From Bigelowiella natans CCMP2755 (taxonomy: Eukaryota > Protista > Cercozoa), in contig ADNK01000778.1 of the NCBI GenBank assembly GCA_000320545.1, positions 67,578-131,577 on the forward strand: 64,000 nucleotides of DNA. Reading direction: 5' to 3'. The stretch's first letter is position 1. Each line of letters opens with the position of its first letter. The translations under genes and the position numbers were made by a program. This document shows positions 1 through 10,959 of this stretch, piece by piece. The notes beneath the pieces were generated by a model. The model was given only the letters and a program-made list of their open reading frames with translations, was not told the DNA's origin and did no database searches.

Positions 1-1230
1 GCGACTGCAACGGTGATGAAGCAGACATTCAAGCTTCTGGGAATGACGCCTTTGGAGCGAATATAATGATCGATGCAATGAGATCATGCGCATAGAACAA
101 AATACGATACATCAGAATGCTTGAACATTGATGATGAACCGCAAACGCAATGACGCATGAATGTACATTGTTGCGCATGCACATCTAACATGCTAGCATG
201 CGCTTGCTAGCTTGTGTGCGGTGTATCGCAGCTGTCTAGCTGTGCAAACCCACGCACCACATGCATGCAAGCTGGCAAGCCACATCGGCAAGTGCGCCAC
301 GCGTGCTCACATCTTAGCACACAAATGAAACAATGCACATGCATGCAAGCAACACGCACGTCAGAATTGAAAATCAATTGATCGGCAGCGTGTTGGTTGC
401 GGAAACGCACAAGTGCACATGCGACAAGGTGATGCGCATGCATGCCAGCATGCTAGCATGTGCAATGCTTGTGCTGTCAATGTGAGTGAACGAACAAGCC
501 TGGAAGCGAACAAGTGAATGAGTGAAGCAGTCTAGCAGTCTAGCAGTGCCAGGTGCAGCTGAAAGATCAAGCATGGCTAGCTAGCCAGCTAGCTGGCTAG
601 CTGGGTGGGTCACTGCTGGATCGACTGGCTCATCAATCACAAGCTAGCAAGACCTCCAGAAAAAGTTGTGAGATTCGCATTGCTAGATTGGCAATGACAA
701 TGAATGAATGAATGAAGCGATTCAGCAGGAGCGGTTGACCCAGTGATGGTCTCGTGTTGACATTGAATCATTGTTGCACGAACATGAACACGAACGTGAA
801 CGTGAACAAAGCATTGATCAAATCATCACGCGCCAGAACCACATGGGAGACAGCTAGACAGGCGTGTGCACGCAGCAGAACCTCAACAAAAATGTTTCGA
901 GGACATACATGAGATCCGTGAACAATGAACAATGAACAATGATGAAGAACTACATCTCCAAAGTGAATTGAATTGAATTGAATTTGATGATGACTACATC
1001 CCCAAAACATTTCATGATGTTTGCAACGTGCGAGTGTGTGACAGGGCCACGTACTTGCAAACCGTGTGTTGCATCGAATGTGTTGAATCATTGTCGCGTG
1101 CTGAGATCCGCATGGAATATGGCCTCGTGTTGATATTGAATCATTGTCGCGTGCTGAGACCCTCATGGAACTTGGCAGCGAAATGAGCGACTTGCATGAA
1201 GAGATCTATCACAGCGTACCGGCGTCACTC
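1..1230. other. Non-coding block rich in purine-pyrimidine alternation and short palindromes (TGCA, GCATGC, GCTAGC), upstream of the Rac gene
   Basis: Dense tgcatgca/gctagc/cacgtg words. Perfect 24-bp palindrome agctagccagctagctggctagct at 579-602. Direct repeat ttgaatcattgtcgcgtgctgaga at about 1083 and 1136. ORFs here are Cys/His/Met/Ala-rich artefacts. Confidence 0.7.
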
Positions 1231-1241
1231 TGAATGGATCT

Positions 1242-1811
1242 ATGCGCAGCTTGAAGTGTGTCGTAGTCGGTGATGACGGTGTTGGTAAGAGCTCCATGCT
1301 GATCACCTTAAAAACCAAAGCTTTCCCTGGCCTTACAACAGAAATCCCAAGCGTGTACGAAGGTTCAACCGCCAACCTTCTTGTCGACGGAAAAACTACC
1401 AACCTCTGTCTTTGGGACACAACCAGCCATGAAGACTTCAAGCACCTACGCGTGATCTCATATCCTCATACGGATGTCTTCTTGATCACCTTTTCTATTA
1501 CTTCTCCGGCTTCTTTTGAGAACGTCAAGACCAAGTGGATCCCTGAGATCCAGCAGCACTGCCCTCATACTCCATTCATCCTAGTTGGAACAAAGTCTGA
1601 CGCTCGGAATGACAAGGCCCAGATCAAAGCCCTTGAGTCTCAGAACATCGAGATGGTTAATAATGAAAAGGGCGAGCAGTTGGCAAAGGAGACTAATGCA
1701 AAAAAATACTTGGAATGTTCCGCTCTCACTCAAGATGGCTTGATGACTGTCTTTGACTCAGCAGTTCGTGCTGGGAGGAAACCCCCAGCTCGCAATTGTG
1801 TAATTCTTTGA
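1242..1811 (+). CDS. Rac/Rho-family small GTPase, atypical (predicted GTPase-deficient), intronless
   Basis: 189-aa ORF collinear with Rac1: KCVVVGD-GKS P-loop, LWDT, SYPxTDVF, SFENVxxKW, LVGTKxD, YLECSALTQ, and C-terminal CAAX (CVIL). Confidence 0.95.
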   Translation: MRSLKCVVVGDDGVGKSSMLITLKTKAFPGLTTEIPSVYEGSTANLLVDGKTTNLCLWDTTSHEDFKHLRVISYPHTDVFLITFSITSPASFENVKTKWIPEIQQHCPHTPFILVGTKSDARNDKAQIKALESQNIEMVNNEKGEQLAKETNAKKYLECSALTQDGLMTVFDSAVRAGRKPPARNCVIL

Positions 1812-1889
1812 ATGATTTTTCAGTCATAGCAACATGTGATAAAATACATCACATTGTTTCGTTCCGAAAACCTAAAAAAAAATGTTTAG

Positions 1890-2250
1890 AATGTGACAGG
1901 GAAATCGCGATGCAGAGGGTATGATGCTTCGCACACCATGCTAGCATGCTAGCAATGCCGCCATTGGCGGTTGCAACAATTTATTGTGTTGCTCGGACAT
2001 CACACACGCAAGTTTAGATGTGCAGAGGTGTTGCGAATCAAAAGCTAGCCAGTGCGCAAAGCCATGTTTGGTCATTCACGCGCGCAAGCCTAGCTTGTAG
2101 CTAGCACGCATGAGCTACAGTGTCGAGCACAACTGACAAGCTCATCATGCCTGGATGTACATCTCTAGGTAGTCTAGTAGTAGTTCAGGCATCAAGCTTT
2201 TACGTGAGTAACATATCTAGACATCTTTGGTACGTCATTGCATTTTTGCA
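1890..2250. other. RY-alternating/GCTAGC-rich spacer between the convergent Rac and TPS 3' ends
   Basis: ctagcatgctagc, cacacacgc, gcgcgc and gctagcacgcatg words; no credible ORF. Confidence 0.6.
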
Positions 2251-2323
2251 TTTGCCACGGTATAAAACGAGTACGTACAGAATTAGCATAGAATAATCGA
2301 GTAATTCTCACTGCTGTTCGTTG

Positions 2324-2357
<34 letters not shown>

Positions 2358-2556
2358 AGGAGGACTGCTAGCTACCGCTACTACTAGTGCCAGAGACTGA
2401 TGCATATTATATTATTTGATGGCGAAACAAAGAGGGGATAACAATGCATTACTTCCTCAATCGCTTTTGCTATATTGATGATCTTCCTGTAAGCTAGAAC
2501 AAGACTAGCTTGATCTACTACTTCTCCCCCCCCCCCCTGCAGCTCCAACATCAGCG

Positions 2557-5272
2557 CTAATAGTCATTGGCCACCTTTGTGAGAAGCCTTACCAGTTCCG
2601 CTGGCTCGTACACATAGAACTTAGCAGGTGATGGGCGCCGTCCCACGCAACAGGTGATAGTGGAACGTGGGTCAAGCCTCACATTATCAGGCACAGTCTG
2701 GGAAAAGGCGGCACGACGATAGAGCGACGACTTGTTCTCATCTTCTTCTCCAGAGGCCAGTCTGAGCGCATGGAACATTCTTTCGTCTGAGGCCTCGTCT
2801 CCTGCTGCAAGCACCAATGACTTCGATACATCCACGATCTGGACAAATAGTGATGATAGCAACGTTATTTAGTGGTGATGGTAACAATTTAGTAGCAATA
2901 GTGGCATTTCACGATGTTGTCAGCAAGCACATGATTTAGCACAAAAAGAGAGGAAGGGCTTCTCCTCTTTCCCCCCCTTCGGAAGATGATAAATACAACA
3001 AGCAGCCTCTACGAAACATGCGCGCACATACGAACAACACCACATAATCACCACTATTCACCCACCTTCGCACGGGCAAGGCGGCTAAGGATATTGAGGA
3101 TGGTTGAGCCCTTATCAACACCTTTCGGCTTGACCTCCAATATTCGATGATAGCTGTACTGTGTGATGTCTACCACGGAGGAAGACACAATCTGATGATG
3201 GATCGGTCACAGGGAGGGGGGAGGAGGAGGAGGAGGAAGAGGAGGAAGATAGATCAGCATCAGTATCACAGTTGTCGTTGTCTTGCATCGTCGTCACATT
3301 AGCCACCATATGATTGTCATCATAGCTATTTATCTTTCCACCATCACTGTCGTCCCTCGGAAGGAGTAATAGTAATCACACAGAGATGATACAACGTAAC
3401 TACTTGCCTGTCCTCGCTATCCACTTATTCATTTATTTGTCCATTTAGTAGTAGTAGAAGTTGTTGTTGTTGTTGTTGTTGCTTGCGTACCTTCTCGATA
3501 TAGCGATGCAACTCGATAGCTTGGTTGTGGCCAAAGACCGGGTCAGCAGCATCATAGTGCCAGCTCAGAGACATCTTATTATTGGTGGATAATATGGACG
3601 ATGGGAAAGGAGGATGATGAGTGACGATGGGTATGCATACGGTTTATTATATTTGTTGTAACGACAACGATAACGATCATCAGGCTAAGGAGTTGCTGCT
3701 GCAGCGAAAAGAGCACCTACCTCTTTTGTTTCGATGTAAGAGCCATCCGTTCGCTCTGTATAAGCCTGTTTCATAAAAAAGATAGCAGCAACCGACCCGT
3801 GGATATACATCAGTGGTGTGAGTAGTAGCCAACCTACTATCAGCTACATAAAACTCTCCCTCTCTCTTTCTCTCTTTCTCTCTCTCTCACACACACACAC
3901 ACACATACACGCACATTATGAATTCCTTTCGTCATCCAATAAAGCAGCGGTACATACTATTCCCAATTTTTTACTTAAGGAGATTATGATTATGACTATG
4001 ATTACTATTATTATGATTATTGTTAATTCGCAATAGTAGTGGTAGTAGTGTAGTAGTAGTAATCATAATTTATACCTGCAAAAGCCTCAGTACATCTGTC
4101 TTCCACTCACTACTCGTCTCCATTGCATTTTCCCAGGTGGTCTGTGGTTGCAGTCAGAAAAGGTGGTTGGTTGTTACACGTCAGGGGAAAGAAAGACCAC
4201 TCGCAGGAAATTTGCTGGTTTAAATCATCATCATCGTCGTCCTCGTCATCATGATTCATCACTACCTTCAACTCAGCATTTCGCCCTCTAGTTGTCGTTG
4301 ATGACGCCTCAGAGGTACTCAATAGCTTCTCTTCCATGCTTTGTGGCCAGCGAATGAAGCAACCCTTCTCGGCAGCGATTCTGGAGTTGAGAAAGGATTA
4401 TGTCACAGTAGTGCGACGAACCTACTATTACTACACATCGGGCCATTATTTCTCACTAACATACCCGAGATTTTTGACTTCTGCGAACCAGGAGTCGAGC
4501 TGACATTTCTCCCTCCCGCTTACTACAAACACTATATTTCTCTTGTCCTAGGATGAGATAAAAAGAAAAACAAGAACAGGAACAATATAACAAGAAGATT
4601 AACATAGAAACGATGATGATTATGATGATGATGAGGACAACTAGGAACTGTGCGTGGACTACAGGCAGCAGCCCTGTTACTACTATATCAAATGACCACC
4701 ACAATCTTAGCAGAAGCAGTAGCAGCAGTAGCGGCAGCACCTTCGTGAGGGCCGACAGTGTACTGAGCAGCGCCGAGCTCGGTCGCATATTTCGTGTGTA
4801 GTCTTCCGCAGCTTCCTCGTCATCGACCTTTTATTAAGATATTAATAAAGCAGTTAGTATAAAAGCGTTTTTTTTTTTTTTTGGAATTGTAGGTCATAGA
4901 TAGCAAGCAACGAATGGCAACTATAATACGGACATTTTCCAAGTTTTCTTCAGCCACCAGCGTCCCATCGTAGTCAAGGAAAAAGACGCGGTGAGTTGCA
5001 CCCCCCCTCAATTGCTTTTCGAACATATCTGCAGAAGAGGAGGAGGAGGAGGACGTAGCCCCAGCAGTACTTTGCTGTGAGGGGGGGAGTAACGAAGAGG
5101 AGGACTTGCTGGATTGTGGAGATGACGGTGATGACGACGACGACGAAGATGATGATGATGGGAGGGTCAGCCGCGTAAAGTTCTTGCGGAAGCCCACCAG
5201 ATCGTTGATCTAGCGTAGTTTAGGAGAGGAGGAGGAGAAGGAGGAGGGGGAGGGGGAGGGCGCAGTTGTAGC

Positions 5273-5313
<41 letters not shown>

Positions 5314-5858
5314 GAGCAGCAACGGTAACAGCAGCAGCAGCAACAACAACAACAGCATGGGGACGAAAAGGCAGGGGGATGGAGGGAAGAGATGGACGAC
5401 GAGGAGAAAAGATGATAAGAGTGAGAAATAGGAATGGAAGGCGCAAGATATCATTATCATTATCATCGTCGTCAATCATAAGAAAGCGTTATTATTATCT
5501 GTGCACGCTGATCATTGCTACTACTTGTATTTTTGTTGTTCTTCTAACTTTACTACTACCCCTGCTCCGCGCTCAACATGAACGAAGCTAAGGTCTCTCT
5601 GCAGCGACTTAGCACAATCAAGATCCTCGAGGAATTTACGTGCCCATCGCTGTGTTATTGTGGTTGTTGTTATAGATAGATAGATGAAGGTCGGAAAAAT
5701 ATACAATACGTAGTAGCTATGAAGTCGCAGTAGTAGCAATAGTAGTAGTCGGAGGAAATGCAAGCAGAGAACACCACCAATTCTTAATACATCTATTTGT
5801 TGAGAAAAATACTAATATTTATTGCTCCCTCCTGTTCCTATCCCCCCCCCCATTTCCA

Positions 5859-5893
<35 letters not shown>

Positions 5894-6279
5894 TCAACCT
5901 GGGTTGTATGTCCCAACACGTAGCGGCCGCGCTTCGCATGTTGTGCTTTACGAGCACTGAGTTTCATCCCGAGCGCTGCGTGATTAGGATGTTTGCTCGG
6001 TGAGATTCATCAACAATCTATATCTATATTCGAATAACTGAGCAATAATAGACAGACGCATTCACCGACACAATATCGCTTATTCTATTGGCTGCAACCA
6101 AAGGGGGAGAGAATTAACGACCAGTAAGTTGTTGCGTATACGTGACGAACTACATTACCACACTCCAACTACTACTACTATTAATTTACTACAAAACGAA
6201 GTTTCTATTTACTCCCAACCTGTGTGAAGCTTATCGGCAACATCCTGAAGTGACCTGGAAAACCACGAATTAACATCTA

Positions 6280-6319
<40 letters not shown>

Positions 6320-9300
6320 ACGCTAGTACATGTATGGCTCTAAATGCCATCACTTGAAGAAATGTTAACGGTGTATTGAAAACATCGAAATTTGTTCGGA
6401 ATTCTCATTATCGCGACACGGAAATTGATCATATCGCAGAGAAAAAATTGTTATGTTTATTGTTATTGTTATCGTGGCCTACCAGGGATTGACCATGAGA
6501 GCGCCGGAGAGTGAGCGAGAGCACCCCATAAATTCAGATAAAATCAGCACCCCAGGACGCTCTGGATCCTGTAATAAATAGATGCAAAGAAACGAATGTT
6601 GTTTATCAATCAAGAGATTATCTTCATCTTCATCATCGTCCATATCCATGTATATCTGAGAGGAAACACTAACACACTCCTCCACCACCACCACCACCAC
6701 CACCACCACGTGCAGAAAGACGACAGACGCATTCACGCACGCACAAGACCACCGGCTGCTACCTGAGACGCTGTGAATTCGTAGGGAACCAGGTTGAGGC
6801 CATCCCAGAAGGTGGAGACGAGAGCCGCGTCAGCCGCTCGGTAGTACGCAATCGTTTGGTTCACGGACAGGTTCGTCTCTGCTGCGTCAATCAACTACGC
6901 AAGGAACAGACGAATATCATCATCCATGATGGCGGCAGCGATAAAATGACAGTGTTTATGGTGACCACCCCTGCATCGCTACTAGCATCTCATTACTATC
7001 ATCAGAAGCAAGCGACATAACAACATGATGTTATTATCCTCCTAAGAAACTTTGACGGCCTGAAAACATGAATGACTTCTCCCTACTACGAAGGCAGTGC
7101 TTTGGCACTAGAAAATCATCATCGGTGTTTTCGCTTTGCCATATCTCGGAATCATCACCACATATGCTAGGTTTCCTACGAGGAGAGCGCCATTTTTAGA
7201 ATACAACCTTGATGCACCCCGGGCCGAAGTTTTCCTTGATGGACTTGACGACCGAGAAGACTGAAGCTCGGATTTGCTTCTGCTCCTCTGGAGGGTTCCA
7301 TGAAGGGAGCAGCACCTTCAATCAAAACAACAATCAATACAGCAACGTAGTAGCACACGAAATATACGCGATATAGAAGACAGGAGAAGACACCAACAAG
7401 GTGTTACTTTCCTCAAGCCCCCCCCGCCCTTCTCCCCTCTAATTCTCTCACAGTGAGCAATAGATACCTGTATAAGAACTACTCTATCTTTCCAGTCGTC
7501 GTGAGTCTTCATCGGAGGAGGGGTAGTAGAGATAATAGATAAAGAAGATGCAGATAAATTATGCATATAAATGGTTAGTTCATACGATCGATTTGCAGGC
7601 ATCCACGCACCCCCCTCTAGCACTAGATAGCAGAAAATAGCTACTACCACTACTAATAGCTACCTCAAGGAATCGGTGATATGCCTGCAACTTTATCAAG
7701 GTACCCTTTACCAAATCCAGGTGGTCTATTCCGATCACGATCTTAAATACACAACACACGATAACCAACACAGTGTGAGACGACCAAGACCGTATACTTA
7801 CCAAGAAGTCATTATGACCGGCAAACGAATGACACGTAGCAGCAGCATTAGCAGCAGCATTAGTAGTAGGTATTAATACCTGTCGGTCTTTGTGCTCCGC
7901 TTTCGCAGCTGCCACCATCTTCTTGACCTCTTCTCCTTTGGCCAAATCGTGGAAGAACACGGAGTTGATACCAAGATGCGAGATCTCCACCAGCACCGTT
8001 CTCCCACTCTGCGTCTGCACCCCGAGACGCCCCCCCTCCACCGTTGTGAAATCTAACCCACCGATCCGTCGGCACGCCGATAGGAAGTGGCGAGCGTAAT
8101 CATAGGTGTGAAAACCAACGATGTCGGCGCTCAGCATCGCCTGCACAATGCGTACACGTTCTGGGAGGCATCGAACCACGTCGGTGGTTGGCCAAGGAGT
8201 GTGGATGAACACCCCAAGTTTGGAAAGGGGAAGCGCGGCTCGAACGAACTCTGGAACTAGCAATGTTGGATACCCATGAACCCCTGTTATATTGTCATCA
8301 TCGTCGTCATCATCACCATCATCATTATCCCATCCATTAGCACCAGCTGTTAGCATCAACATCTAGCATTACATATATATTGTTTCAAAAGCAGCATTAA
8401 AAGAGCACTATGAGAACATACATATCGCAGCATTCTCAGGGCTGGAGGAAGCCGTCTTCACCACATCGTTGGCAATGAGCTTGTTTACCTTGAAAAAATA
8501 TTAATAATACACCAAAGCCATTGAAATACATCAGATATGAATCTTCCACAGTACCCCATCATCATCATCCCCTGCATCATCAATCTTCCCATAGAAGAAT
8601 TCTAAAAATATCATCTATCGGTCTGTCCATGAGGAGGACACAGGCGTCTGGAATTTCATTGATCTCATTCCCGTATTCCGATAAACAATTCCGCAATTGT
8701 CCTGACAGATTTTGTTATGTTCAAACACCTGAATGTACGCTTCCCAACGTTTTTCCCACTTTTTCCCGAAATCTGGGTCTGCTTGTGGCATGACATAATG
8801 GAACAGCCGCCATAGCACTTTCTGTGTATCATTAAGATGATGATGATGACGATGATAATGATGATGATGATGATGATTATGTCGATGGCAATTTCATACA
8901 AGTCACGAAAAGTGTGAACCTTTTAAAAAAAACTTGTGACCGACCTTGCAGAAACCATGGAAGAATTCTTGACGAAGTTTCCTTTCCTGTTTTACGTGAA
9001 ACAAAGAGGAAGAAGATACACTAAGGGTATGAGTTTTACTTAAAATATCGTACAAATACGCGTATTCAAGGATAAGACATATGCATGTAAATACGTGGTA
9101 AGATATGCATACCTCGATCCACACTGGCACACAATTGTGTTTTTTCAGCTCTTCCTCTATTTCTTTGATTTCCTCTAATCAAAATAGCAGGGGTTCTTTC
9201 ATGAGATCAAGCACCTTGTCCGCATTCCATGCTTGTTAAATTGGAATCATATAGCATAAACGTGCGGCAAGTAGAATCGACAATTTTTGTTGTGCTCCCA

Positions 9301-10077
9301 GCCTATTTATGATGCAAAAGTCTTATTGGCACCTTTTTCGAACTTAAAGGCGTCGACGCAGCCCACCCATGTCACCTCCAACTTATCCTACAAATGCCAT
9401 ATTTAATTGTTAATGCAACGGTACGAAAAGAATCCCGAATTGGTCTTACCTCCTCAGAGTTCTGTAGCATTCGCATTGCAGCTAGCCAATTACGTGAGTC
9501 ATCCCATTTCACAGCCCACTTTCCACTAAATTGATAAATTCAACGAAGAAAGAAGAGAATACGAAATGCACTTGTTTTAGCTTTTAAAGTTCCCATTTTC
9601 TCTCTCTTATCCGATCCGATAACCTGGTACTGCATTTCTTTATATGGACCGGTAGAGAGTGCGCTACAATGATAACTCGCCTGAAGAGTAAATGTCGTAT
9701 GAAAGTTTTTCCGCGAACATTTTATTTGTCCTATAGCGCTCAAGATTGCGTTCTCGATAAATTAAAAATTGACATACTCTGTGGTGCTTGACGGGGCAGA
9801 ATCCTGTTCACCCCCACGGATCAAGCTCGTCAAGTTCCGCATCATTGGTGGGGGATTTAAACTGGATTTTACATCGTCGGCTTCGCTTCGTTTCTGTGTG
9901 GTGCTGCTTGACTTCTTACCTAGGAAGTAAACAAGGTTCAATCTTTCTTGCTTCTACCCTCCCTCTCTAACGTTCGTGGGTACCGATGTTGCCCATAAGG
10001 TACCCTCCAACCGCAGCCACCACCAGACTGAAGATATAAAGAGGAAGATTCTCGACGATTAGCGAGATATCCACCAT
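2557..10077 (-). CDS. Trehalose-6-phosphate synthase/phosphatase (GT20 + HAD domains), multi-exon, Tps2/class II-like
   Basis: Spliced exons give MVDISLIVENLPLYIFSLVVAAVGGYLMG, RVIIVAHSLP, LWRLFHY, WVHGYP, FIHTPWP, ADIVGFHTYDYARHF, GIDHLDLVKG, DGLNLVPYEF, LILSEFMGCS..NPW, FFLDYDGTL and AGDEASDERMF. GT-AG junctions were checked for several exons. Confidence 0.92.
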
Positions 10078-10959
10078 TTTGTCTCTATCCTCCTCTCACC
10101 ACAAAGACCTAACAAACAAATTTATCAAGACGGCAATGAGCACCGACAAGCATTGACGCACATTCTTCAGATACACAACACAGATAAAGCCAATAACAAC
10201 CTTGCAGTCCTAGAGAAGGTGAAAACAATTCTTCGAATAATCGCTTCGATATCGGTGGGTGCAGCAGACGGAAGAGCTACAACAGTGGAAGCAGAAAGGT
10301 GGGGAGGGAAAGTGTGGTACCTTTCAGATTTTAGATGCACTAAAATCATAGCACTATTTTTCCAAAAAATAGGGCAATACACAGTGACGATAAGGATTTC
10401 GACCACTTTACTGCTACTCTGGTTTTTGGCAATAAATTTTTTAACCTAATGGCCTCATCGTTAAATTAAGTCATGAGTCGAAATCCCAGACACTTTTCCA
10501 TTGTCATGTAGAGAAATGTTGTCGTAGATAGATCCTTTACGGTATTTCTTCCGCCATGAAAACGAATATATCCTAGAGAAATCTTGTTATTTGTTTTCTG
10601 ATACACTTCGACTAGATGAGACAAAGTCTACAGTATGTCGTACATGAGATATCTCCTCCATTACAGATGGTTATCATGATAGCCATCGGAAAGTTGCCGA
10701 TTATTGCAAGCGAGGAAAAATATACCGCACTAACCACCCAAACCAGTCACAAAGTAGTGAAACAACAATTGTAACAACAATAGAGACTAGAGACTATCTA
10801 AGATGTATATCCGATCAAAAATAGACTTGTAGGAGAACAACACGCTACAGCAGCGTCCTCGTAGCAACACCCCCTCCCATGTCCCCAACTTTTGCTCCCC
10901 CGTCATCCTAAAACGGGCGGTGCAGGCGTGCAGAATTGGATCGACTGAACATTTATTGG
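10078..10959. promoter_or_regulatory. Divergent (head-to-head) promoter region between the TPS and CNNM genes
   Basis: Inferred from opposite start codons at 10077 (-) and 10960 (+). Confidence 0.5.
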
